From: Chthoniobacteraceae bacterium
GTDB taxonomy: Bacteria > Verrucomicrobiota > Verrucomicrobiia > Chthoniobacterales > Chthoniobacteraceae
Length of the DNA: 57,068 bases
Direction: 5' to 3'
Assembly: GCA_031409335.1 (NCBI GenBank)
Contig: JANNWY010000229.1
Location: 1 to 57,068, forward strand
In this document: positions 37,999 to 47,266 of the stretch, piece by piece
Numbering within the stretch: the stretch's first letter is position 1
How the letters are laid out: each line of letters begins with the position of its first letter
Position numbers and translations under genes: made by a program
Notes under the pieces: generated by a model
Seen by the model: only the letters and a program-made list of their open reading frames with translations
Told to the model about the DNA's origin: nothing
Database searches by the model: none

Positions 37999-38634
37999 GT
38001 CCCAGCGGGACAACAGAGATTAGCCGGTGGCGTAAGCCACCGGGACACGTCCTCACACGCATCCGCCCCGGCAGGGGCGGCGGAACAGCGCTTACCACAA
38101 ATATCGATCGTCGTATTCCACGCCACCGAGTCGCAGGAATTCGAGATACTCATCCTGATACGTCTGTTTCCGATGATGTTCCTCCTGCCGTCCGATGTAG
38201 CTGCAAACATGCACGCACTGTGGCGGACTCACCGTGAAACCGCCGTATCCCTCCTGCCACGAAAAGCCTCGGTCGCCGATTTCGTCATGCACCCAGCCCG
38301 ACGACACAGATTTCACCGAGCCGACGACATCGGCGAGGCAATGCGTCGCCCGCAGGCCAATGAGTAAATGAACGTGGTCGTCAACTCCGCCGACAGTCTC
38401 CGCGACTCCGCCGAGGTTGCGCACGATTCCGCCGAGATACGCGTGGAGCCGTTCGCGCCATGCGGGAACGATGAATGGCCGACGTTCCTTCGTGCTGAAT
38501 ACGATGTGATAGTGAAGCGAGAGGTGTGTGGATGGCATGGCCGTTTTTTTCCAGCGCCCCTGCCGGGGCGCACGCATTATCTCCGCAATCCGGTGGCTTA
38601 CGCCACCGGCTAATCTCCAGCGTCCCTCCGGGAC
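37999..38634. mobile_element. IS200-like / REP-associated Y1 transposase element with tripartite inverted ends
   Basis: Perfect 28-bp IR (38016-38043 / 38590-38617), perfect 16-bp IR (38064-38079 / 38555-38570), outer gtccc-N3-gggac palindromes. Confidence 0.85.
38092..38538 (-). CDS. tnpA: IS200/IS605-family Y1 (HUH) transposase
   Basis: HYHIVFSTKER, DHVHLL (HUH), WQEGYGGFTVS, YIGRQEEHH. Confidence 0.93.
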   Translation of the reverse strand: MPSTHLSLHYHIVFSTKERRPFIVPAWRERLHAYLGGIVRNLGGVAETVGGVDDHVHLLIGLRATHCLADVVGSVKSVSSGWVHDEIGDRGFSWQEGYGGFTVSPPQCVHVCSYIGRQEEHHRKQTYQDEYLEFLRLGGVEYDDRYLW

Positions 38635-38753
38635 TGGCTGCGAGCGACCCGTCCGCATCGCACCTAATCGCAACCAGTGGGCCGGTGACGCGATGGAGAT
38701 CGAGCGCAGTTTGCTTGCTAACAAACCGGCGTGATCATTCGTCCATCCTGTCT

Positions 38754-40196
38754 ATGAAACGCGTTTTCAAACTTCTTCAGATCTTCGCCGGCATCTCGCT
38801 GCTGGCCTCACCTGCGCGGGCGCTCATCATGACGGGAAAGGGCGACGAGCCGGTGCACGATCCCGGCTGGCCGGCGGGAGCGCTGGCAGTGGCGAATCTC
38901 AAGACGCGCGTCGGCTGGTGGGAGGGGCCGCCGTTTGGTGGCGGAAATTGGAATTTTCAGTATCGCGGCGACACCGCGGCGTTTGTGGAAGCACTCGCGA
39001 CATTTGCCGCGATCCGCGCGCCGGAACTGGAACTCGCGATTCACGATGAAGCGGGCGACAGCCCGTTCCTGAAGGAGGAGGGAAAGCCCGCGGCAGATAC
39101 GCGCTTCGATTGGAATTTCTCCGTCTGGGTGCCCTCAAGCTGGCATCGACTCTACAACAACCCGAAGAGTGTCTTCAGCGCTGACCAGCCGCAGTTCCGC
39201 CAGCCCGTCGCCCCGCCCCGGCTCGATCTGTATCTCGGAAGGAGCGTTGTGGATTTTTCCAAAGTGAAAGTCCCGGCAAACATCCGCGTGAGAGATCTGC
39301 GTGCGGCGGCGGCGGGCGTGACACCGGTGGGCGGCGCAGTCGTGCGTGCGGACTTTTTCGATATGGCAAATGGCAAGCCTGTCGCCGGCGCGCATCTGCT
39401 CGTCATGCGACTGCCGGATGGCGCTGCCAATAAAGCGGAGGAATACAAGAAGGTCGCGGACGCCGCGAGCGATGCGGAAGGACGCGCGCAGGCCGAGAAG
39501 ATCCCCGCCGGGAGTGTGCGCATCTCCGTGGCTGCGCCGGGATACGCTCCGCGCATGCTCGCTTACGATAGGCTCGAGAACATCAGCTTTCGCGCGTTCC
39601 AAGTCTCGCTGGCAAAAGTCGCATCGCTGCGCGGCATCGTGGTCGATTCGGACGAGAAGCCGGTCGCGGGCGTCAAAGTGCGCGCCGGTTCGAGCCTCGC
39701 GCTCGACGGACGCGGCTACCCGTCGCCGGATTCGCCAAACCGTGCCAGCGTCGTCACCGATGACACGGGCCACTTCACGCTCGTGGAGTTGCCCGTGGGC
39801 TTCACGACGCTGAGCGCGCGCGCCGAAGGCTACTACTTTGGCGACCTGTTCACGATTCACGAAGTGCCCGCCGACGCGGAGGTCCGGCTGCGCATCGTGC
39901 GCGCGTGCAAGGTCCACGTCATCGTCACCGACAAAGCGGGCAAGCCGCTCGCGAAATTCGAGGACGGCACCATCAACGTTTCGATCGAACCGAAGGACGG
40001 TGCCGGCGTCGGCAAATGGAGCGGCAGCGGCAACATCAAGCCCGATGGCACGATCGATTTCACCGGCATGCCGGATGGCGAATACCGCCTGCGCAGCCAG
40101 CCCAATCCCGGCAAGTCCGACCGCACCTATGTGCCGGAGCAGATCATCACCCTCGCCCCCGGCGCGAGCCGCGACGTGACGTTCGTTTATCCGTGA
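38754..40196 (+). CDS. Secreted protein with carboxypeptidase-regulatory-like (beta-sandwich) repeats
   Basis: Signal peptide; GKPVAGA, GIVVDSDEKPVAGVKV, TDDTGHFTL. Confidence 0.75.
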   Translation: MKRVFKLLQIFAGISLLASPARALIMTGKGDEPVHDPGWPAGALAVANLKTRVGWWEGPPFGGGNWNFQYRGDTAAFVEALATFAAIRAPELELAIHDEAGDSPFLKEEGKPAADTRFDWNFSVWVPSSWHRLYNNPKSVFSADQPQFRQPVAPPRLDLYLGRSVVDFSKVKVPANIRVRDLRAAAAGVTPVGGAVVRADFFDMANGKPVAGAHLLVMRLPDGAANKAEEYKKVADAASDAEGRAQAEKIPAGSVRISVAAPGYAPRMLAYDRLENISFRAFQVSLAKVASLRGIVVDSDEKPVAGVKVRAGSSLALDGRGYPSPDSPNRASVVTDDTGHFTLVELPVGFTTLSARAEGYYFGDLFTIHEVPADAEVRLRIVRACKVHVIVTDKAGKPLAKFEDGTINVSIEPKDGAGVGKWSGSGNIKPDGTIDFTGMPDGEYRLRSQPNPGKSDRTYVPEQIITLAPGASRDVTFVYP

Positions 40197-40281
40197 GGGA
40201 CGGGGACTTTGTCCTAAGATACCAGACTGTGTGAGCGTCCATCCCGTTGTCAGCAAACTTCAGCCCACCATTGTTCTCGCC

Positions 40282-41259
40282 ATGAAACTACCTGCTCTCG
40301 CCTTCGCAATCATCGTCGCCGCAACACCGCTTCACGCTCGAATGTGGATGTCGGCTGACAATAAACCCTTCGAGGCCGACTACGTCAGCGCGACCGCCAC
40401 GCATGTGAGTGTGCGGGTGCGCGACGGGCGCGTCGTCCCTGTCGAACTGGTGCGCCTCTCGGCGGCAGACCGCGAATTCGTCGCGCAGCAGATCGCTGCG
40501 AAACCGGCGGGCGCTGCGACACCGCCTGCCGCGCCACCCGCAACGCCGCCTGCAACGCCGAAGCCGTTCGGCGCGTCCACACTCGGTGCTGCGAACAAGA
40601 GTCCATACGCGGATTACCTCGCCAATGAGTGGAAGCAGTTTGACGGAAAGGGGAACCTCAAATGCATGCTGTTCGGCGCTCCAGTGGTGGATGCGACGAA
40701 AAAGGTGCCGCTCGTCATTTACCTGCACGGCAAGGGAAACAGGGTGCTCACGAAAGAGCATCTCGGTTTCGCCGAAGCGGTCGTGAAGCCGGAGAATTTC
40801 GGGCAGCGTCCGTGCATCGTCTTCGCGCCACAGTGCCCGGATGAAAACGGCTGGGGCGGTGCGACGGGCGATGCGGTGATGAAGACGCTCAAAGACATGA
40901 TGCGCCACCTGCCGATTGATGCCGACCGCATCTATCTCACCGGCTACTCGATGGGCGGCTACGGGACATTTGCATTCCTCAACGATGACCCGCGGATGTT
41001 CGCCGCCGGCATCCCCATCGCGGGTGGTGCGAACGTGAGTATCGCGCGCAATTTGAAGAAGACGCCGCTGTGGATTTTCCACGGAGGAAATGACGACGTC
41101 GTGAAACCGGACGACAGCCGAGCCATCGCGAAGGCGCTGGAGAAGATGAAGGCACCGGTGAAATATACGGAGTTCCCCGGCGAGGGACACGGCATTGGAG
41201 GAAAGATATTCGCCGACCCCGAAGTCCACACCTGGCTCTTCGCGCAAAAGCGGAAGTAG
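40282..41259 (+). CDS. Secreted alpha/beta-hydrolase (esterase/peptidase) with N-terminal SHD1-like domain
   Basis: RMWMSADNKPFEA...LSAADREFV; YLHG, APQCP, TGYSMGG, FHGGND, GEGH. Confidence 0.85.
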   Translation: MKLPALAFAIIVAATPLHARMWMSADNKPFEADYVSATATHVSVRVRDGRVVPVELVRLSAADREFVAQQIAAKPAGAATPPAAPPATPPATPKPFGASTLGAANKSPYADYLANEWKQFDGKGNLKCMLFGAPVVDATKKVPLVIYLHGKGNRVLTKEHLGFAEAVVKPENFGQRPCIVFAPQCPDENGWGGATGDAVMKTLKDMMRHLPIDADRIYLTGYSMGGYGTFAFLNDDPRMFAAGIPIAGGANVSIARNLKKTPLWIFHGGNDDVVKPDDSRAIAKALEKMKAPVKYTEFPGEGHGIGGKIFADPEVHTWLFAQKRK

Positions 41260-41463
41260 CGCGCGGTGCAGCACGCCCGGCATCGTTTCCGACAACGTCA
41301 TCGGAATCAATCACGCCATCCGCACGCGCGTTTTCGGGAATGGCGATGCCTTTCTCCGATGACACATCCGCGTGATGATTGATCGCCGCATGGTGTCCAC
41401 AGTCACTGGATCAACGAGGATGCGATGCGACGATGACCGCGTTCATCGCGAATGCGTCTTGGA

Positions 41464-42795
41464 TTACCTGCTTATGGTGAAATCAGCCCCCGGTCCGCCG
41501 GTGGACTTCGGCGGCTTCATTTGCTGAATTTCTTTGATCTTTTCCGCCGGCAGACCGGAGCCCGCGAGCGCAGTGTCGGCGGCCGTGGCGTCTTTGCCGC
41601 GCCACATTTGGTAAACCTGCCCCACGGATTGGGAGCGTTGCTTTTCATCCTGCACGCTGCGGGCCCAATCCATCGCGGCGGCTGGATCGCGCTGCGCCAC
41701 CACGGTGGCGAAAGTCCGCCGAGCGCCGTCGAGTTCGGGACCTTGCGGTTGTCTGGTGAGCCAATCGCCCGCGGCTCGCGCGTCCTGTCCCGCCCACTGC
41801 ATCACGACGCGATCGTAGAGCCGCGGTTTGTCCTTTTCCTCCGCGCTTTCGAGCATGAAATCCGCGGCGACCGCAGGCTTCGACATGAGCATCATTTGGG
41901 CGGCGGATTCGCGAACGGGCTTTTGCTCGTCAGCAGGCAGCGAACGGATCCATGCGACGGCTTCGTCGGGATTGCTCATCGCCCATTGGCCCACGGCGTT
42001 TTGCCGGATTTGGTTGCGCTGGTCGGCCGGGAGGGAAGCTGACCGCTCGATCAGTCGGCGGCGCGAGGCGTCGTCCTGCGCGCTCATGGCAATTCCGTTT
42101 ATTGCCGTGGCGCGCGATTGATCATCCAGCGCGCCAAGGCGGGAAATCGCGGATTCGAGGTTGTTCGAGGCGATGCCGGCGAAGACCGCGCTTACGGCCA
42201 TCATGCGGCTGCGATCGCTACCGTCGTCCTTTTGCTCCGTTTCCAGCCACTTCCAGACGGCATCCGGTTCGCGGCGCGCCCATGTGCTGAGAACGGATGA
42301 GGTGACGCCCATGTCGAACATGGAGCCCTTTCCCAGTTTCTCCTGTGAGTAGGCCATCGCGGCGGGGCCGTCCGTTTCGGCCCACTGACCGAGCAGCAGC
42401 CCGTAAAACATCATCCGCTGCTGTGGTTCGCGGACTGATTTTTCCACCTCCGCCAGCGCCTCCTGAATCTGTGAATCATCCAGCTCCGCAATCGGTGCGA
42501 TGGCGCGCAGCATCGCGCGAATATTCATCATCCCACCCATGCCGCTGCCCATTTGCAAACGCGCCTGCGCGATGATTTGCGGGATGTCCCGCGAGGCCTT
42601 GTTCGTCTCGCCGCGCCCGTCGTCACCGCGCGGGCTGGCGACGGGAACCGGAGTCGCCGCCACGACTGCTGCGGACGATGTCGCGGAATTTGCGACTGTT
42701 TGAGCAGGCGGCTGCCCGCCACTGCCGCCGACGACGTAAGCGACCGCGATGCTCGCGATCCATGCAGTGCCGATGAAGATGCGTTGGGTGTTCAT
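41464..42795 (-). CDS. Membrane-anchored helical-repeat protein (third paralog)
   Basis: WAETDG, WARREP, WAMSNP, WAGQDA repeats; N-terminal TM. Confidence 0.78.
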   Translation of the reverse strand: MNTQRIFIGTAWIASIAVAYVVGGSGGQPPAQTVANSATSSAAVVAATPVPVASPRGDDGRGETNKASRDIPQIIAQARLQMGSGMGGMMNIRAMLRAIAPIAELDDSQIQEALAEVEKSVREPQQRMMFYGLLLGQWAETDGPAAMAYSQEKLGKGSMFDMGVTSSVLSTWARREPDAVWKWLETEQKDDGSDRSRMMAVSAVFAGIASNNLESAISRLGALDDQSRATAINGIAMSAQDDASRRRLIERSASLPADQRNQIRQNAVGQWAMSNPDEAVAWIRSLPADEQKPVRESAAQMMLMSKPAVAADFMLESAEEKDKPRLYDRVVMQWAGQDARAAGDWLTRQPQGPELDGARRTFATVVAQRDPAAAMDWARSVQDEKQRSQSVGQVYQMWRGKDATAADTALAGSGLPAEKIKEIQQMKPPKSTGGPGADFTISR

Positions 42796-42814
42796 GCTGA
42801 TGATTCTTCCCGTT

Positions 42815-42842
42815 ACTGAGGAATTTCTTGGAAAAGGTTACG
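42815..42842 (-). promoter_or_regulatory. Degenerate copy of the ECF promoter (CGTAACC-N14-CCTCAGT)
   Basis: Same 14-nt spacer, 11 of 14 motif bases match, about 20 nt upstream of the ATG at 42795. Confidence 0.45.
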
Positions 42843-42865
42843 CGAAACTTTCGCGAAAGCGCCCG

Positions 42866-44239
42866 CTACTTCACTGCAAATTGAAACGTCGTGAACGAGC
42901 GAGGTGGCAAAGTATCCGCGTATCCGGTGGGCGAAGCGCTCAGCGGCGCAAGCGTGGCTGCTTCTTCGGTCGCGCTCGTGCGCTGGCGACTTGGCGGGGC
43001 AACGGTGGCTCCGGCGACGTTGAGTTGCACGGGGGTTGCGGCGTCTGTGTTGTTGGTGACGTGGACGACGAGCGTGCGCTTTGCGGAGTAGAAAGAGGCG
43101 ACTTTGATCCCATCGCTCGAGGAAGCACTCTCGACGACGCGCATGCCGCCTTCGAGCGGCGTGGACCATTGACGGAAGACCCAGTAAGGCTTTTTCAAAG
43201 TGTAGTCGTTGCCCAAGTCCATGTGGATGAGCGCCTCGCCGCCTTTGCGCGGTGGATAGACCCAGTCGTACGCCATCCATGCGTTGACGCCGCCGTTGAA
43301 GCCGTCGCTCATGGCGGCGGCGTAGTTGAGGCCGGATTTGATCTGGCCCGGGGATTCGTCCTCATCGCGCGAACTCCATTCCGTCATCCACACGGGACGG
43401 CCGCGCGCGAGTTTTTGCATGTCGCCCCAGCGGTCGCCGCGCATGTCGTAATCGTGCGCGCCGAGGACGGCGAGATGCTTGGCCGCCTTGCGCTGGAGAG
43501 TCGGGATATAATCTTTCACCGCGCCCGGCGCGCTAAGCGTGTTGGGGCCGACGAGCAGCGCGCGCGGCACATCGGGAAATTTCACGGCCATCTTGTCGAG
43601 GTAATCGCCTACGACATCGAAGAGCTTTGCGTGATCGTCCGGCGTGAAGAAGCAACCCGCCTGGGTGTGGTCCCAATCGCATTCGTTCGAAATCGCGAGA
43701 TACTACACCGGGCCGCCGTTGCGCGCCATGTGCGCGAGGAAGGCCCACAGGCATTCGGAGTATTCGAGTTCGAGCTTCGGTTTCAGCGTCGCCTTTCCTT
43801 TCCCGCTCTCCTCGTTGTTCGTCTTCATCCACGGTGGCGGCGTGAGGATCGTGGCGAGGAGTTCGATCCCCGGCCGCCGTTCGCGTGCGGCTTTGGCGAT
43901 CGCGATGGGGTGCTCGCAGTATTTGAAATTCGCGGGATCAAACGCGGGCGTCCACGGATCGGCGTTGTCGTTCGCAGGTTCGTGCGTCGCGCGGATCATA
44001 AGGTGCAGATAACGCGTGCTCACCTTCGCAAACATGTCGTCATACAGTTCGCGCTGACGGTCATTCTTTTGCCGTGCCGCGAGGCTGGTGATGTGCCCTT
44101 CGTAAAACATCGTCCCGCAGCCGAGACCCTGAAACTCCTGACGTACCTTGCCGGGATGCACGGTAATTCGCACGGGGGGCGCGGCATGGCCACTGATGGT
44201 TGCGACGAGCGCGAGCAGTGTGATGAGTCGAATGCTCAT
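42866..44239 (-). pseudogene. Clan GH-A (GH30-like) glycoside hydrolase interrupted by an in-frame TAG at 43703-43705
   Basis: ORFs 43703-44239 and 42866-43591 are one frame: NGGPV*YLAISNECDW...DKMAVK; NE acid/base and WMTEW nucleophile motifs. Confidence 0.82.
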
Positions 44240-45021
44240 TGGAGCTTGTGGGTTTGAACTGCTTGCCGCGCCTCTGCCGCCACGCTCGCGGAGTCACCGG
44301 CGCGCGCCACGATTTGCGCGAACGAGAGGCGCTGGCTTTCCGCGAGATGGCGCACCATCTGGCGATACTTGAAGTAGCGGTTGGACGGAGAGGGATGCTC
44401 CTCGCCGGATACAAAACGGCTGCGCCCTTTCACCTCGGGAAAGCTGCTCTCCTTTGCCACATAGTCGCAGTAGCCCTCGTTCACCCAATCGGTAAGCAGG
44501 ACGCCGCGCACGAGTCCGAGCCGGTGGCGGATCAAACCATGAGTGATCTCATGGGCCATCACGGACGAGAGCGAGCGCGTGTTGTATTTCGGTGCCGGCC
44601 ATCGGGCAACGTCGGCGGCGAAATCGCCATCTGCGATGAACACATGGTCCGTCAGTGGAACCGAAAAGGCGAAGCCGCCCGCCGTGGGTTTGAACAGCCG
44701 GAACAGCCACGGCGAATTGCAGACGAACACGCGCTCGCGACGGCCCGGCACCGCGAGTTCGGATTGCTGAATCAAAACCGCAGCGCGCTTCGCACACACG
44801 GCCGCCTCGGGAGGCAGCGGCATGCGTGAGTAAAGGGTGATGCCGTCCGCCGAGACGCTGTGAGCGAACAACACTTGCGGGAAGACATGCAGGCCGGCGT
44901 AGAGCAGCAACAGCACCGTCAGCATTCGCTCCCCACGGCGCAGGATGCGACTCAGGCGGGTCTTCGGCGCAGGGCGATTGAATCCGAGACCGCGGAGCAG
45001 GAATGCGAGTGGTTTGTTCAC
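44236..45021 (-). CDS. Membrane-anchored protein with HExxH motif (putative zinc metallopeptidase)
   Basis: TM helix; VMAHEITH followed by WVNEGYCDY; start uncertain. Confidence 0.65.
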   Translation of the reverse strand: MNKPLAFLLRGLGFNRPAPKTRLSRILRRGERMLTVLLLLYAGLHVFPQVLFAHSVSADGITLYSRMPLPPEAAVCAKRAAVLIQQSELAVPGRRERVFVCNSPWLFRLFKPTAGGFAFSVPLTDHVFIADGDFAADVARWPAPKYNTRSLSSVMAHEITHGLIRHRLGLVRGVLLTDWVNEGYCDYVAKESSFPEVKGRSRFVSGEEHPSPSNRYFKYRQMVRHLAESQRLSFAQIVARAGDSASVAAEARQAVQTHKLQ

Positions 45022-45069
45022 TTCGGAGTTATGGGTCAGGCGCGGGAAGGTCGAAAGCACCGCGTTTTG

Positions 45070-45669
45070 CTAGCTGTTCGCTGTCTTCGTTCCGCGTCTC
45101 CGAAAAGTCGCAAGCAGGAGTGGTGCGGTCAGCATTAGCGCAACTGTCGAAGGTTCTGGAACGACCTCTACAACTCCGTTTACCGGGTTAAAAAGTGGGA
45201 GAGAGTTATTGTCTGGATCCACATCCCTCCAAGTGCCGCCGTTGATCCCTGGAAATCCCGGCCGATTCATAAGGACGAAGTCCTCGCTGGGCTCCTCGGG
45301 GCCGCCGTCAGGATCGCCAGGGAGCCAGTTCGTGTAGGTTACTGGGGCTCCGTCGGCCCACGAAAACGTTCCTTCGATTACGGAATCGCTCAAACCGATC
45401 CACAGACTCCGATCGACGCCCGCAAAAGTCCCAAACGTGGAGAAGGCCCAGGATTGTTCGATCGCGTCGTTGATAGTGGCTAAATGACCGCCAAGACCAA
45501 TTGCCTCCGCCTCCGAGGTCGGCCAACTGCTTGAACTCAAGAGGTAGTAGTTGTGGCCATTGTCGGGGTTGGTCACGGGACCGAAGATGACCGCGGCTTG
45601 ATTGGCCTCAGGGTGGAGCGCACCACCGAAGCAAAGCGCCGCAATGAGCGCCTTTTGTTTGGTTTTCAT
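45070..45669 (-). CDS. PEP-CTERM protein with C-type lectin domain
   Basis: GGHLATI, LWIGLSD, YTNW, WRD; VPEPS + TM + RRR tail. Confidence 0.9.
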   Translation of the reverse strand: MKTKQKALIAALCFGGALHPEANQAAVIFGPVTNPDNGHNYYLLSSSSWPTSEAEAIGLGGHLATINDAIEQSWAFSTFGTFAGVDRSLWIGLSDSVIEGTFSWADGAPVTYTNWLPGDPDGGPEEPSEDFVLMNRPGFPGINGGTWRDVDPDNNSLPLFNPVNGVVEVVPEPSTVALMLTAPLLLATFRRRGTKTANS

Positions 45670-45742
45670 ATTTTCGATGGGTCGAATCGTGCAGTGAGCT
45701 TACGGGTTAGTTCATCGCTGGCCTTTGATCCATGAATGCATC

Positions 45743-46192
45743 TCAGAGTCCACTCGCGGTCGGCTTGTTCTTCTTCTCCGCAGCCTCGCATGCCTTGACA
45801 TCCTTGATGCAGAAAAAATCTGGATGGCCGGGCCAGCGGTGGGCGACGAGCTTCGGCGTCCCTCCGCGCTCCCAGCGGTTTTCTTTGCGATCAAAGTGCC
45901 AGGCAGCCTGGGGGCTGCTGTTGACCTTGAGCAGTTCCTTGATCACGTCGTCGGTCGTTCCCTTTCGATGGGCGTAGATTTCCATGACGGACTTGCCGTC
46001 GAGGATAACCACTTCCACGTAGATCTCGTTCTTCTCGTATTCGAAGGTTTCCGCCCCCGCGAGACGCTGCGTTTGCGCCTTCTTGCCCTCTCCGTAGCGG
46101 GCAGCAATTTCCTTGGCAGTCTCGCCGACGCGAGCTTGGGAGGAGACGGTGATTGCGAGTGCGGCTGTTGTCATCGCGAGGAGGTGTTTCAT
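45743..46192 (-). CDS. Hypothetical secreted protein
   Basis: Signal peptide followed by ARVGETAKEIAARYG; coding-like composition. Confidence 0.68.
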   Translation of the reverse strand: MKHLLAMTTAALAITVSSQARVGETAKEIAARYGEGKKAQTQRLAGAETFEYEKNEIYVEVVILDGKSVMEIYAHRKGTTDDVIKELLKVNSSPQAAWHFDRKENRWERGGTPKLVAHRWPGHPDFFCIKDVKACEAAEKKNKPTASGL

Positions 46193-46234
46193 AGCTGAAT
46201 GATAGCGCGTGTCCGCAGTGGTTCGCGATCCATT

Positions 46235-46606
46235 TCACTGAGACACTGGCTGTTCGATGACGAGCAGCGTGCGCCCTCCATCTGGCCGTTCCATCAGGGC
46301 GACCGGCGTTCCTTTCAACAGGGCGAGGAGTTCTTCATCGTTCACTCGGTGGATCACAATAGGCGCGGGTTTCGACCTCGCGTGGACGATGGCCGGAGGC
46401 TCGACTGCCGGCTCGCTGTTCCAATGCAGCGCGCCAGCGACGATGGCGGCGACTGCCAACAGCACGACGCTGTTTTGCATCCGGCGGCGGCGGCGTTCGT
46501 GGCGCAGGATCGAGAGCACTTCATCGCTCGATGGGCCGCAGTGTTCGCCTGACGATGGCAGCACATCTTCGAGCAGTGTGCGGAGTTTTTCGGGATCGGG
46601 ATTCAT
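46235..46606 (-). CDS. Small single-TM protein, candidate anti-sigma factor
   Basis: ATGA overlap downstream of the ECF sigma; RRRRR followed by a TM helix. Confidence 0.65.
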   Translation of the reverse strand: MNPDPEKLRTLLEDVLPSSGEHCGPSSDEVLSILRHERRRRRMQNSVVLLAVAAIVAGALHWNSEPAVEPPAIVHARSKPAPIVIHRVNDEELLALLKGTPVALMERPDGGRTLLVIEQPVSQ

Positions 46607-47262
46607 GGTTGTGTGGAGTGAAGTTCTTTGGCGATGAGTTCGCGCAGCCGGGCGCGCAGTCGCGCCAGCCTGCCTTCCACGGCGCGAACGGTGAGCGCAT
46701 GACGCGCTGCGATGGCTTCGAGTGATTCGCTGGTAAAGTAGCGGCCTTCGATGAGCGCGCGCTCATCGGTTTCCAGCTTGCCGAGCGCGGATTCCAATGC
46801 AGCGGGCAGATGGTCGTTGGCTTCGACAACGGCGCTGGCCGAAGGTTGCCACCATTCGGCGAAGCGCCCGAGCGCCCGCAGATAGCGCCCGCCTTTGCGC
46901 CGCGAGTCCGATGCGGCGTGACGCGCGGCACACGCGATCCAGCTCCACAACGCCGCTTCGTCCTGCATCACGCGGACATGCCGTGCCAGCCGCAGCCACG
47001 CGGCCTGCGCGATCTCATTGGCGAAAGTCTCATCGCCCGCAGCCAGCGCGAAGCAGTAGCGGTTGATGCGCCCGCTCCACTTGCCGTGCAGCCATGCAAA
47101 CGCCGACTCCTCGCCACGTTTCAACGCCGCCGTCAGCCGCGGTACGTCGGTAAATGCAAACGCCTCCGAGACCGGAAGCGCCGCAGGCGTGAGTGGCTCG
47201 GCCTGTTCCACGAGAAATCGGAACGCTGTCGCTGGAATCGAGTCTGGTGGCTGGTTTGGCAC
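46603..47262 (-). CDS. ECF sigma-70 factor
   Basis: GEESAFAWL, ANEIAQAAWLR, LWSWI, SLEAIAARHALTVRAVEGRLARLR; start uncertain. Confidence 0.85.
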   Translation of the reverse strand: MPNQPPDSIPATAFRFLVEQAEPLTPAALPVSEAFAFTDVPRLTAALKRGEESAFAWLHGKWSGRINRYCFALAAGDETFANEIAQAAWLRLARHVRVMQDEAALWSWIACAARHAASDSRRKGGRYLRALGRFAEWWQPSASAVVEANDHLPAALESALGKLETDERALIEGRYFTSESLEAIAARHALTVRAVEGRLARLRARLRELIAKELHSTQP

Positions 47263-47266
47263 GATG

